From: Nemertoderma westbladi
Lineage: Eukaryota > Animalia > Xenacoelomorpha
DNA length: 64,000 nucleotides
Assembly: GCA_032718475.1 (NCBI GenBank)
Contig: JAUCBJ010006359.1
Location: 1-64,000 of the forward strand
Direction of reading: 5' to 3'
The notes under the pieces are model-generated. The model searched no databases, was not told the origin of the DNA, and saw nothing but the letters and a program-made list of their open reading frames with translations. Shown piece after piece: positions 25,543-37,700 of this stretch (the stretch's first letter is position 1; every line of letters starts with the position of its first letter). The position numbers and the translations under genes were made by a program.

Positions 25543-25950
25543 AGTTTGACTATTCTGTCTGACTATTCTCAGTTTGCCTATTCTGTCTGACTAATCTCAG
25601 TTTGACTATTCTGTCTGACTATTCTCAGTTTGCCTATTCTGTCTGACTATTCTCAGTTTGACTATTCTGTCTGACTAATCTCAGTTTGACTATTCTGTCT
25701 GACTAATCTCAGTTTGACTATTCTGTCTGACTATTCTCAGTTTGACTATTCTGTCTGACTAATCTCAGTTTGACTATTCTGTCTGACTAATCTCAGTTTG
25801 ACTATTCTGTCTGACTATTCTCAGTTTGACTATTCTGTCTGACTAATCTCAGTTTGACTATTCTGTCTGACTATTCTCAGTTTGACTATTCTGTCTGACT
25901 AATCTCAGTTTGACTATTCTGTCTGACTATTCTCAGTTTGACTATTCTAT
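25543..25950. repeat. 28-bp (13+15) minisatellite
   Basis: agtttgactattctgtctgactattctc, about 14 copies. Confidence 0.95.
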
Positions 25951-25969
25951 CTGCTCAGTTCACCCAAAT

Positions 25970-27225
25970 GTATTGGTCCGCTCACACAACTTTATATGTC
26001 CGCTCTCACAACTGTATTGGTCCACTCACACAACTGTATATGTCCGCTCACACAACTGTATATGTCCGCTCACACAACTGTATTGGTCCACTCACATAAC
26101 TGTATATGTCCGCTCACACAACTGTATATGTCCGCTCACACAACTGTATATGTCCGCTCACACAACTGTATTGGTCCACTCACACAACTGTATATGTCCG
26201 CTCACACAACTGTATTGGTCCACTCACACAACTGTATATGTCCGCTCACACAACTATATATGTCCGCTCACACAACTGTATTGGTCCACTCACACAACTA
26301 TATATGTCCGCTCACACAACTGTATATGTCCGCTCACACAACTGTATATGTCCGCTCACACAACTGTATTGGTCCACTCACACAACTGTATATGTCCGCT
26401 CACACAACTGTATTGGTCCACTCAAACAACTGTATATGTCCGCTCACACAACTGTATATGTCCGCTCACACAACTATATATGTCCGCTCACACAACTGTA
26501 TATGTCCGCTCACACAACTGTATATGTCCGCTCACACAACTGTATTGGTCCACTCACACAACTGTATATGTCCGCTCACACAACTGTATTGGTCCACTCA
26601 AACAACTGTATATGTCCGCTCACACAACTGTATATGTCCGCTCACACAACTGTATATGTCCGCTCACACAAATTTATATGTCCGCTCGCACAACTTTATA
26701 TGTCCGCTCACACAACTTTATATGTCCGCTCACACAACTGTATATGTCCGCTCACACAACTGTATATGTCCGCTCACACAACTGTATTGGTCCACTCACA
26801 CAACTGTATATGTCCGCTCACACAACTGTATTGGTCCACTCACACAACTGTATATGTCCGCTCACACAACTATATATGTCCGCTCACACAACTGTATTGG
26901 TCCACTCACACAACTATATATGTCCGCTCACACAACTGTATATGTCCGCTCACACAACTGTATATGTCCGCTCACACAACTGTATTGGGCCACTCACACA
27001 ACTGTATATGTCCGCTCACACAACTGTATTGGTCCACTCAAACAACTGTATATGTCCGCTCACACAACTATATATGTCCGCTCACACAACTGTATTGGTC
27101 CACTCACACAACTATATATGTCCGCTCACACAACTGTATATGTCCGCTCGCACAACTTTATATGTCCGCTCACACAACTTTATATGTCCGCTCACACAAC
27201 TTTATATGTCAGGTCACACAACTTT
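25970..27225. repeat. 22-bp minisatellite
   Basis: tccgctcacacaactgtatatg with the variant tccactcacacaactgtattgg; about 57 copies by length. Confidence 0.95.
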
Positions 27226-28352
27226 CAACTTCATAAGTCAGGCTCACAAATAGATTGGGTATGCTTACTGTGAAAGAGGATCAACTTCAAATCTTGTCAG
27301 ACATCGAAAAACTTACTAGACCTCGAAATCAGATTCCCTATTTCTATTTGCTGGTTTGGAAAGAGTAATGTGTCATAGCTGGTAGGGCCTACTGCCTTGT
27401 GAGAAGTAAATAAAATACATATAAAGATCTTTACTGCATAATATTACTATTTTATCTCATATTATATCTGAAATTCATTTAAAGTGATATATTCAAGAGT
27501 GATTTATGTTCAGAATGTCCAGTTTTGTCCAAGTCACTGAATTAAATTATAAAGTTGAAGAATAAGTACGTAATAGTACGGTGTAACTGGTGCAAAATCG
27601 TCGGAGATACTTTTCTCAAACACTTGTGGCTAAAGAATGAAAGCGAAATTAAAAATTTTACTCACCCAGTAAAGAGGAGGGAGGTGAAACTAACTCTGTT
27701 TCAATCTCATAAGGATTGTAGAATAATTTGGGGAAAAGTTTGTTATATTTGTTATAATGACACTATATTCTGTGTGGTGTTGTCACGTACATGCGACGCT
27801 TTGCCTGTAGATATAAACTAATTACTTCCTTGATGTGTTGGGTTTTAATTAGTGTTCTATGCGGGAGTTAGCGATGCCACATTGTAATTGTTTTCAAACG
27901 GATATTTAATATATTACATGACGTATATACCTTTCGCCATTCGTTATTCAAAAGCGAAAGTTTCAAATCCTATTTCGGACATTACCACACTGGAAGAACC
28001 TTAAGAAAATAATAACATCCGGTGGTTATGATAATAATTTCACGAAATTTCTTGATTAGAGAAGATGATAACTTAGGGTTATTGTTACATGAGTTTTGAT
28101 TATAACATAATAGATCTTTGTTTTTAATTATATTATTTATATTATTATATTATTTATTAGAGCTCATACACAATTCATTTCAATTTAACGCCAATTCAAT
28201 TGTGTTTTAATGAGGGTTTGACAAACTAATAAAAAAAAAAACCTCTCTAAACCTACCCTAACCTTAAAATAAAATTATCGACCAATAGTCGCTTGTAATT
28301 TACTGTGAGGGTGTATATATAACGGAAAACTAATGGCTTTGTGATTATTTAC

Positions 28353-28521
28353 CTTTTTGGGACTCCCCTGGGTCGCTTAGAGATTGGGCGAGTTGTGTTG
28401 TAGGCCGGGTCACATCGTTGAGGCCGTGCGACGCGGCCGACGCCTGACTTAGGTGCTTCCGACGGAACGACAACGGCGAGTCCAACGGGGCGTCGGTTTC
28501 CGGCAAATCGTGAACAAACAG
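28353..28521 (-). CDS. WDR59: WDR59-like exon (low-complexity linker between WD40 and RWD)
   Basis: GC-rich island with tttttctttag|CTG...AAA G|gtaaat, 169 nt. Phase 0-1 bridges exons 55120 and 25433 exactly. Encodes LFVHDLPETDAPLDSP... Confidence 0.75.
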
Positions 28522-28574
28522 CTAAAGAAAAAAAAAATTATTAAAGTGAAAAAAAAAATACACAACTGACAAGT

Positions 28575-28727
28575 TATTTACTATTTACATCATGGTGTGA
28601 AAAGCAGCACTTTTCATCTTTATGACCCCTAGTGAATTTTATGTACCGAGCGAGCGCAGCGAGGGAGGTTTACATAAATATACGATGGTCATAAACGCTG
28701 AATAGTGTTTTTTTTCATAAAATAATG
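28575..28727. mobile_element. Short palindromic MITE-like remnant
   Basis: ttcatctttatgacc...ggtcataaacgctgaa inverted arms around cgagcgagcgcagcgag. Confidence 0.45.
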
Positions 28728-28900
28728 TCCAAAATTTTATTACATTATGTCAACTTATCGCGGTTCTGAATGCTTAATTAAACACTCTAATTAGTGGAGT
28801 GGCTTAACGACATAAAAAGGTGAAATTATGACAAAAGTGTTGGCATTCGTTCGTGGGTTGGTATATAGATGACAAAAGGCCCAGGCTGCAAAGATCTTAC

Positions 28901-29800
28901 CATATCATATCATATCATATATTATATTTAATTCGGACAGAGCCGACATAAATCATTGATTATAAATATTAAATAAAACGGAAAGAAGGTATCAGGTTAA
29001 AATTGCCCAAACAGAGATATTAAAACATACAAAGCAAGGTTAAATTTTATATGGGGCTAAAATACGGCACAAATAACTATTTAAAGATGGTACTTGATGG
29101 AAAAATCGAGATTCAAGCAAGGTTAAAATTATATCAGGCTAAAACCAGTTGTTAAGTGACGGAAGAGGCAGGTAAGGAAGGCATAGGTCAAGGAAGCAAG
29201 TGTGTGAAGCACTGTATGATACGCAGGAAGTCAAATAGGTAAGGAGGCCCGTTTATATACGGGACTCCTTTTATATATATATGTTTAGATACCGAAGTAA
29301 CTGCAAATTCTTTCCCGTTTGATACTGAAAGGCAGTGGATGATTGTAGACTGTCCGGATAAAATCTAGAGTCATTTGTTCCTTCATGGTAAGCGCTGACT
29401 GGCCGCCTAACCTAGCATCTAGGTTTTCTTATAGGTAATATTTGTAAGTCATTAGAGAATACACTGATGGCACGGGGTGGAGCTTTCTGCACATTTGGTG
29501 AGTTGAAAAGAGTCCTGTATATTTCCTACCGCTCAGATTGCACGACACCTTCTGTAGAAAGCTCTGAACCAGTTCATTGGGGCATGTAGCTGTACGGATC
29601 AGGGTGCCAATATTGCTTAGAGTTCGTGTGATAATGGTCGATAATTCGTAGAGTGTTCTATTTGTGACATAATTTCCTTGGTATACCATCTTGCGTAGTG
29701 ACATTCTGTAAGCTGCATCAACGTTGTCGAATTCAGTAGGTGACATGCAGCTCCCAGACATAAACCTTGTGTAGTACAAGATGGAAGGAAGAGCTACAGC
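28901..29800 (-). mobile_element. 3' fragment of a LINE with an (ATATG)n tail
   Basis: Degenerate C-terminal ORF (VDAAYRMSLRKMV...VTNRTLYELS), a long 3' UTR and a catat x4 tail at 28901-28920. Confidence 0.55.
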
Positions 29801-30036
29801 GCGCCATATTATTATTATTATTACTATTTATTTCGTACACTGGCATGCAGCCAGGAACAGAGTAAGTAAAGAGAGGAGACAAAAACCACAAAATAATACA
29901 TAGATAATACAGAGAAGGCAAAGACAATATATAACTAAATAATACACGATAAACAGATAGTGACATGATAATCTACAAAATAAAATATGGAAATACAATT
30001 AATTAATTAGTACGTAGTGACATACACCAATAAATC

Positions 30037-30374
30037 TGTAATATTATGGGTTTGTTCAGTGGAAAAAATTAGAAAGCGCGTCACCGGGGGTTGAACCAGC
30101 GCTATACGTACGTTTCGGCCTAACAGGCCTCATACAGGCCTAACCAGCTCGCCACTTGCCCCTGACACTCACACTCCCACCTAATCCACTTCTATTGAAT
30201 GGGAAGTCTAAGTTGCATATATTATATCTCTAACAGCGGTCCTACCGGCCTCAAGTACGCTAGAGTGAAACAGGAGGGAAGTACAAATAAATAAATATTC
30301 AGCTCGGTATTGCTGCCAGGTGATATTAATTAAATAAATATTTTTCCACTTCTGAACAAACCCATAATATTACA
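30037..30374. mobile_element. TIR-bounded non-autonomous element nested in the LINE remnant
   Basis: tgtaatattatgggtttgttcagtggaaaaa (30037) and tttttccacttctgaacaaacccataatattaca (ends 30374) are ~32-bp inverted repeats. Confidence 0.75.
30076..30162 (-). ncRNA. tRNA-derived (Pol III A/B box) sequence containing a degenerate minimal hammerhead ribozyme core
   Basis: The minus strand reads TGGCGAGCTGGTTAGGC (A box/D arm), then CTGtATGA GGCC TGTTA GGCC GAAA CGTACG TA, then GGTTCAACCC (B box/T arm). Confidence 0.5.
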
Positions 30375-31774
30375 CCTTTAATTAATTACAGTTGCAACAG
30401 CTCATCTCCAATTTATTTAACCAATAAATCTGACATTTCTGATTTTGAAAAACCCGGAAGTTCAAAAGTGTCGAACTTCAAACAATTTACGAGTTCCCTA
30501 GCACAATTAACTCGCCAATATTCTGATTCTTCTACATAAACATATCGTAAAGAATTAATCTCCTCATTGCTTAAGTTGTTAATATTAAGATTCAACATAA
30601 GAACCCAAGTGTGTCAGGGTGAAGGTATTGCACGGTCCACCCTTTGCGCACAAAGGCCTCTGGCTCTGAGATACCCGTATGATCCCTTTTCCTTTTACTT
30701 TGGCCATGTCAGTTTGGAGTCTCGATTTTGTATCAGATGAGCTCGGATTTAGACATGTTGTCAAACTTCGGGAGGATTTGCTGGAGGTAAAATTGAAAAA
30801 CGCACATTTTGTCTTATCGGCTTCAAATGACAAACCAATTGAACCAAATATTCCTTACTTAGAATGGCAACCATGCAATCTAACTCCTCACGAGATCTTG
30901 CAAATAATATAACATTATCGAAAGCTCCCTGAATATCGAGTTGGCACATATGCACATCTTGTCTTCTTTCACAAGGCTTTTCCAATAATTCTAGATTTAT
31001 GGCCGTAATGATATCAGCTCCGAACTTCTTCGGGTATGCTAATTGATTTGACTCCTCAGTAGACTCCTGAGTAGACCACTCAGTGCGAGGCTTAGACATG
31101 TGGTCATAAAGGTTATTGATGTCTGTTTCCACTTGTTCCTTGTAACTTTTAAGGTGTAGTGATGTAGTTTTGTTCCAGGCTGTCCTTCTTCTTTGTGGTT
31201 GTGTCTTACTTGCTTTACTACTTTGACTTTTGAAAGCAGCAGATACTGACGGTGTTCCGATCTGAACACACGATTTCACCCTCCTCAGCCACCCTACCAT
31301 TCACACACCAGCTGAGACTATTATATGATCGATGTATGTCATACATTTTCCCCTGAACAAATATATATGTATAATAATAATATAATAATAATTAACACTT
31401 TAATTTCCATGGCACATTTCCTTAGCAACATGGATTTTACATAGCAACAAGATACTAACTAACTATTGGTATTTTGTTCCCAAATTTTGAGAAAAAAAAC
31501 TGTAGTCCGAAGACTATCGATTGACTAAACTATACATAGTTACCAATAGTATTTCCAGAGCAACGGAAATTTGGTTAACAATTTAATAATTTTTTATTAC
31601 CATTTTGGCTGGTACAATAATGGAGTCTCATTAACACAAATTCTATACTGGCTTCATTGTGCTACGGAAGTGCAATTTGAACAATCGATTATCTATGGGC
31701 ATGAAGTAATACATTAATAATAATATAGTGTACAATATTTGCCTAAGACTAGGTTTAATAATGGAAGCATAAGT

Positions 31775-34700
31775 GTTTGGAATGGGTGGGTGGTAGGATG
31801 AGAAAAAACGTGTAGGGAATGGGTGGGTGGAAGGATGAGAAAAAACGTGTTGGGAATGGGTGGGTGGTAGGATGAGAAAAAACGTGTTGGGAATAGGTGG
31901 GCCGAAGGATGAGAAAAACGTGTTGGGGATGGGTGGGTGGGAGGATGAGAAAAAACGTGTTGGGAATGGGTGGGCCGGAGGATGAGAAAACCGTGTTGGG
32001 AATGGGTGGGTTGGAGGATGAGAAAAAACGTGTTGGGCATGGGTGGGTGGGAGGATGAGAAAAAACGTGTTGGGAATGGGTGGGTTGGAGGATGAGAAAG
32101 ACGTGTTGGGGATGGGTGGGTGGGAGGATGAGAAAAAACGTGTTGGGAATGGGTGGGTGGGAGGATGAGAAAAAACGTGTTGGGAATGGGTGGGCCGGAG
32201 GATGAGAAAACCGTGTTGGGAATGGGTGGGTTGGAGGATGAGAAAAAACGTGTTGGGCATGGGTGGGTGGGAGGATGAGAAAAAACGTGTTTGGAATGGG
32301 TGGGTGGTAGGATGAGAAAAAACGTGTTTGGAATGGGTGGGTGGTAGGATGAGAAAAAACGTGTTGGGAATGGGTGGGTGGTAGGATGAGAAAAAACGTG
32401 TTGGGAATAGGTGAGCCGGAGGATGAGAAAAACGTGTTGGGGATGGGTGGGTGGGAGGATGCGAAAAAACGTGTTGGGAATGGGTGGGCCGGAGGATGAG
32501 AAAACCGTGTTGGGAATGGGTGGGTTGGAGGATGAGAAAAAACGTGTTGGGCATGGGTGGGTGGGAGGATGAGAAAAAACGTGTTGGGAATGGGTGGGTT
32601 GGAGGATGAGAAAAACGTGTTGGGGATGGCTGGGTTGGAGGATGAGAAAAAACGTGTTGGGAATGGGTGGGTTGGAGGATGAGAAGAACGTGTTGGGGAT
32701 GGGCGGGTTGGAGGATGAGAAAAAACGTGTTGGGAATGGGTGGGTTGGAGGATGAGAAAAAACGTGTTGGGAATAGGTGGGCCGGAGGATGAGAAAATCG
32801 TGTTGGGGATGGATGGGTTGGAGGATGAGAAAAAACATGTTGGGAATGGGTGGGTTGGAGGATGAGTAAAAACGTGTTGGGAATGGGTGGGTGGGAGGAT
32901 AAGAAAAAACGTGTTGGGCATGGGTGGGTGGGAGGATGAGAAAAAACGTGTTGGGAATGGGTGGGGAATGGAAGATGAGAAAAACGTGTTGGGGATGGGT
33001 GGGTTGGAGGATGAGAAAAAACGTGTTGGGAATGGGTGGGTGGGAGGATGAGAAAAACGTGTTGGGAATGGGTGGGTGGAAGGATGAGAAAAAACGTGTT
33101 GGGAATGGGTGGGTGGGAGGATGAGAAAAAACGTGTTGGGAATAGGTGGGCCGGAGGATGAGAAAACGTGTTGGGGATGGGTGGGTTGGAGGATGAGAAA
33201 AAAACGTGTTGGGAATGGGTGGGTGGGAGGATGAGAAAAAACGTGCTGTGAATGGGTGGGTGGGAGGATGAGAAAAAACGTGTTGTGAATGGCTGGGTTG
33301 GAGGATGAGAAAAAACGTGTTGGGAATGGGTGGGTTGGAGGATGAGAAAAACGTGTTGGGGATGGGCGGGTTGGAGGATGAGAAAAAACGTGTTGGGAAT
33401 GGGTGGGTTGGAGGATGAGAAAAAACGTGTTGGGAATAGGTGGGCCGGAGGATGAGAAAATCGTGTTGGGCATGGGTGGGTGGGAGGATGAGAAAAAACG
33501 TGTTGGGAATGGGTGGGTTGGAGGATGAGAAAAAACGTGTTGGGAATGGGTGGGTTGGAGGATGAGAAAAAACGTGTTGGGAATGGGTCGGTTGGAGGAT
33601 GAGAAAAAACGTGTTGGGGATGGGTGGGTGGAAGGTTGAGAAAAAACGTGTTGGGAATGGGTAGGTCGGTGGATGAGAAAAAACGTGCTGGGGATGGGTG
33701 GGTGGGAGGATGAGAAAAAACGTGTTGGGAATGGGTGGGCCGGAGGATGAGAAAAACGTGTTGGGGATGGGTGGGTTGGAGGATGAGAAAAAAACGTGTT
33801 GGGAATGGGTGGGTGGGAGGATGAGAAAAAAACGTGTTGGGAATGGGTGGGTGGGAGGATAAGAAAAAACGTGTTGTGAATGGGTGGGTGGGAGGATGAG
33901 AAAAAACGTGTTGGGGATGGGTGGGTGGGAGGATGAGAAAAAAACGTGTTGGGAATGGGTGGGTGGGAGGATAAGAAAAAACGTGTTGTGAATGGGTGGG
34001 TGGGAGGATGAGAAAAAACGTGTTGGGGATGGGTGGGCCGGAGGATGAGAAAAACGTGTTGGGGATGGGTGGGTGGGAGGATGAGAAAAACGTGTTGGGA
34101 ATGGGTGGGTGGAAGGATGAGAAAAAACGTGTTGGGAATGGGTGGGTGGGAGGATGAGAAAAACGTGTTTGGGATGGGCGGGTTGGAGGATGAGAAAAAA
34201 CGTGTTGGGAATGGGTGGGTTGGAGGATGAGAAAAAACGTGTTGGGAATGGGTGGGTGGGAGGATGAGAAAAAACGTGTTGGGGATGGGTGGGCCGGAGG
34301 ATGAGAAAAACGTGTTGGGGATGGGTGGGTGGGAGGATGAGAAAAACGTGTTGGGAATGGGTGGGTGGAAGGATGAGAAAAAACGTGTTGGGAATGGGTG
34401 GGTGGGAGGATGAGAAAATCGTGTTGGGGATGGATGGGTTGGAGGATGAGAAAAAACATGTTGGGAATGGGTGGGTTGGAGGATGAGAAAAAACGTGTTG
34501 GGAATGGGTGGGTGGGAGGATGAGAAAAAACGTGTTGGGCATGGGTGGGTGGGAGGATGAGAAAAAACGTGTTGGGAATGGGTGGGTTGGAGGATGAGAA
34601 AAAACGTGTTGGGAATGGGTGGGTTGGAGGATGAGAAAAAACGTGTTGGGAATGGGTCGGTTGGAGGATGAGAAAAAACGTGTTGGGGATGGGTGGGTGG

Positions 34701-37700
34701 AAGGTTGAGAAAAAACGTGTTGGGAATGGGTAGGTCGGAGGATGAGAAAAAACGTGCTGGGGATGGGTGGGTGGGAGGATGAGAAAAAACGTGTTGGGAA
34801 TGGGTGGGCCGGAGGATGAGAAAAACGTGTTGGGGATGGGTGGGTTGGAGGATGAGAAAAAAACGTGTTGGGAATGGGTGGGTGGGAGGATGAGAAAAAA
34901 ACGTGTTGGGAATGGGTGGGTGGGAGGATAAGAAAAAACGTGTTGTGAATGGGTGGGTGGGAGGATGAGAAAAAACGTGTTGGGGATGGGTGGGTGGGAG
35001 GATGAGAAAAAAACGTGTTGGGAATGGGTGGGTGGGAGGATAAGAAAAAACGTGTTGTGAATGGGTGGGTGGGAGGATGAGAAAAACGTGTTGGGGATGG
35101 GCGGGTTGGAGGATGAGAAAAAACGTGTTGGGAATGGGTGGGTTGGAGGATGAGAAAAAACGTGTTGTGAATGGGTGGGTGGGAGGATGAGAAAAAACGT
35201 GTTGGGGATGGGTGGGCCGGAGGATGAGAAAAACGTGTTGGGGATGGGTGGGTGGGAGGATGAGAAAAACGTGTTGGGAATGGGTGGGTGGAAGGATGAG
35301 AAAAAACGTGTTGGGAATGGGTGGGTGGGAGGATGAGAAAATCGTGTTGGGGATGGATGGGTTGGAGGATGAGAAAAAACATGTTGGGAATGGGAGGGTT
35401 GGAGGATGAGAAAAAACGTGTTGGGAATGGGTGGGTGGGAGGATGAGAAAAAACGTGTTGGGGATGGGTGGGCCGGAGGATGAGAAAAACGTGTTGGGGA
35501 TGGGTGGGTGGGAGGATGAGAAAAAACGTGTTGGGAATGGGTGGGTTGGAGGATGAGAAAAAACGTGTTGGGAATGGGTGGGTGGGAGGATGAGAAAAAA
35601 CGTGTTGGGGATGGGTGGGCCGGAGGATGAGAAAAACGTGTTGGGGATGGGTGGGTGGGAGGATGAGAAAAACGTGTTGGGAATGGGTGGGTGGAAGGAT
35701 GAGAAAAAACGTGTTGGGAATGGGTGGGTGGGAGGATGAGAAAATCGTGTTGGGGATGGATGGGTTGGAGGATGAGAAAAAACATGTTGGGAATGGGTGG
35801 GTTGGAGGATGAGAAAAAACGTGTTGGGAATGGGTGGGTGGGAGGATGAGAAAAAACGTGTTGGGCATGGGTGGGTGGGAGGATGAGAAAAAACGTGTTG
35901 GGAATGGGTGGGTTGGAGGATGAGAAAAAACGTGTTGGGAATGGGTGGGTTGGAGGATGAGAAAAAACGTGTTGGGAATGGGTCGGTTGGAGGATGAGAA
36001 AAAACGTGTTGGGGATGGGTGGGTGGAAGGTTGAGAAAAAACGTGTTGGGAATGGGTAGGTCGGAGGATGAGAAAAAACGTGCTGGGGATGGGTGGGTGG
36101 GAGGATGAGAAAAAACGTGTTGGGAATGGGTGGGCCGGAGGATGAGAAAAACGTGTTGGGGATGGGTGGGTTGGAGGATGAGAAAAAAACGTGTTGGGAA
36201 TGGGTGGATGGGAGGATGAGAAAAAAACGTGTTGGGAATGGGTGGGTGGGAGGATAAGAAAAAACGTGTTGTGAATGGGTGGGTGGGAGGATGAGAAAAA
36301 ACGTGTTAGGGATGGGTGGGTGGGAGGATGAGAAAAAAACGTGTTGGGAATGGGTGGGTGGGAGGATAAGAAAAAACGTGTTGTGAATGGGTGGGTGGGA
36401 GGATGAGAAAAACGTGTTGGGGATGGGCGGGTTGGAGGATGAGAAAAAACGTGTTGGGAATGGGTGGGTTGGAGGATGAGAAAAAACGTGTTGTGAATGG
36501 GTGGGTGGGAGGATGAGAAAAAACGTGTTGGGGATGGGTGGGCCGGAGGATGAGAAAAACGTGTTGGGGATGGGTGGGTGGGAGGAATGAGAAAAACGTG
36601 TTGGGAATGGGTGGGTGGAAGGATGAGAAAAAACGTGTTGGGAATGGGTGGGTGGGAGGATGAGAAAATCGTGTTGGGGATGGATGGGTTGGAGGATGAG
36701 AAAAAACATGTTGGGAATGGGAGGGTTGGAGGATGAGAAAAAACGTGTTGGGAATGGGTGGGTGGGAGGATGAGAAAAAACGTGTTGGGGATGGGTGGGC
36801 CGGAGGATGAGAAAAACGTGTTGGGGATGGGTGGGTGGGAGGATGAGAAAAACGTGTTGGGAATGGGTGGGTGGAAGGATGAGAAAAAACGTTTTGGGAA
36901 TGGGTGGGTGGGAGGATGAGAAAAAACGTGTTGGGCATGGGTGGGTGGGAGGATGAGAAAAAACGTGTTGGGAATGGGTGGGTTGGAGGATGAGAAAAAA
37001 CGTGTTGGGAATGGGTGGGTTGGAGGATGAGAAAAAACGTGTTGGGAATGGGTCGGTTGGAGGATGAGAAAAAACGTGTTGGGGATGGGTGGGTGGAAGG
37101 TTGAGAAAAAACGTGTTGGGAATGGGTAGGTCGGAGGATGAGAAAAAACGTGCTGGGGATGGGTGGGTGGGAGGATGAGAAAAAACGTGTTGGGAATGGG
37201 TGGGCCGGAGGATGAGAAAAACGTTTTGGGGATGGGTGGGTTGGAGGATGAGAAAAAAACGTGTTGGGAATGGGTGGGTGGGAGGATGAGAAAAAACGTG
37301 TTGGGAATGGGTGGGTGGGAGGATAAGAAAAAACGTGTTGTGAATGGGTGGGTGGGAGGATGAGAAAAAACGTGTTGGGGATGGGGGGTGGGAGGATGAG
37401 AAAAAAACGTGTTGGGAATGGGTGGGTGGGAGGATAAGAAAAAACGTGTTGTGAATGGGTGGGTGGGAGGATGAGAAAAAACGTGTTGGGGATGGGTGGG
37501 CCGGAGGATGAGAAAAACGTGTTGGGGATGGGTGGGTGGGAGGATGAGAAAAACGTGTTGGGAATGGGTGGGTGGAAGGATGAGAAAAAACGTGTTGGGA
37601 ATGGGTGGGTGGGAGGATGAGAAAAAACGTGTTGGGAATAGGTGGGCCGGAGGATGAGAAAACGTGTTGGGGATGGGTGGGTTGGAGGATGAGAAAAAAA

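Larger units (their letters stand above)
29808..31310 (-). mobile_element. Heavily deleted LINE remnant with a (TAA)n tail
   Basis: RT motif LDIQGAFDNV fused directly to ILFARSREELDCMV; later GLSFEADKTKC and a C-terminal WRVNCARELV...FSKSEMSDLL. attattattatt tail at 29808. Confidence 0.65.

Noticed and set aside
25910-27273. Three overlapping Cys/His-rich ORFs resembling zinc fingers
   Set aside because: The 22-bp repeat read in three frames; no true zinc-finger spacing or splice structure.
30076-30162. Functional tRNA gene
   Set aside because: No proper anticodon arm or acceptor stem; only A/B-box-like arms remain.
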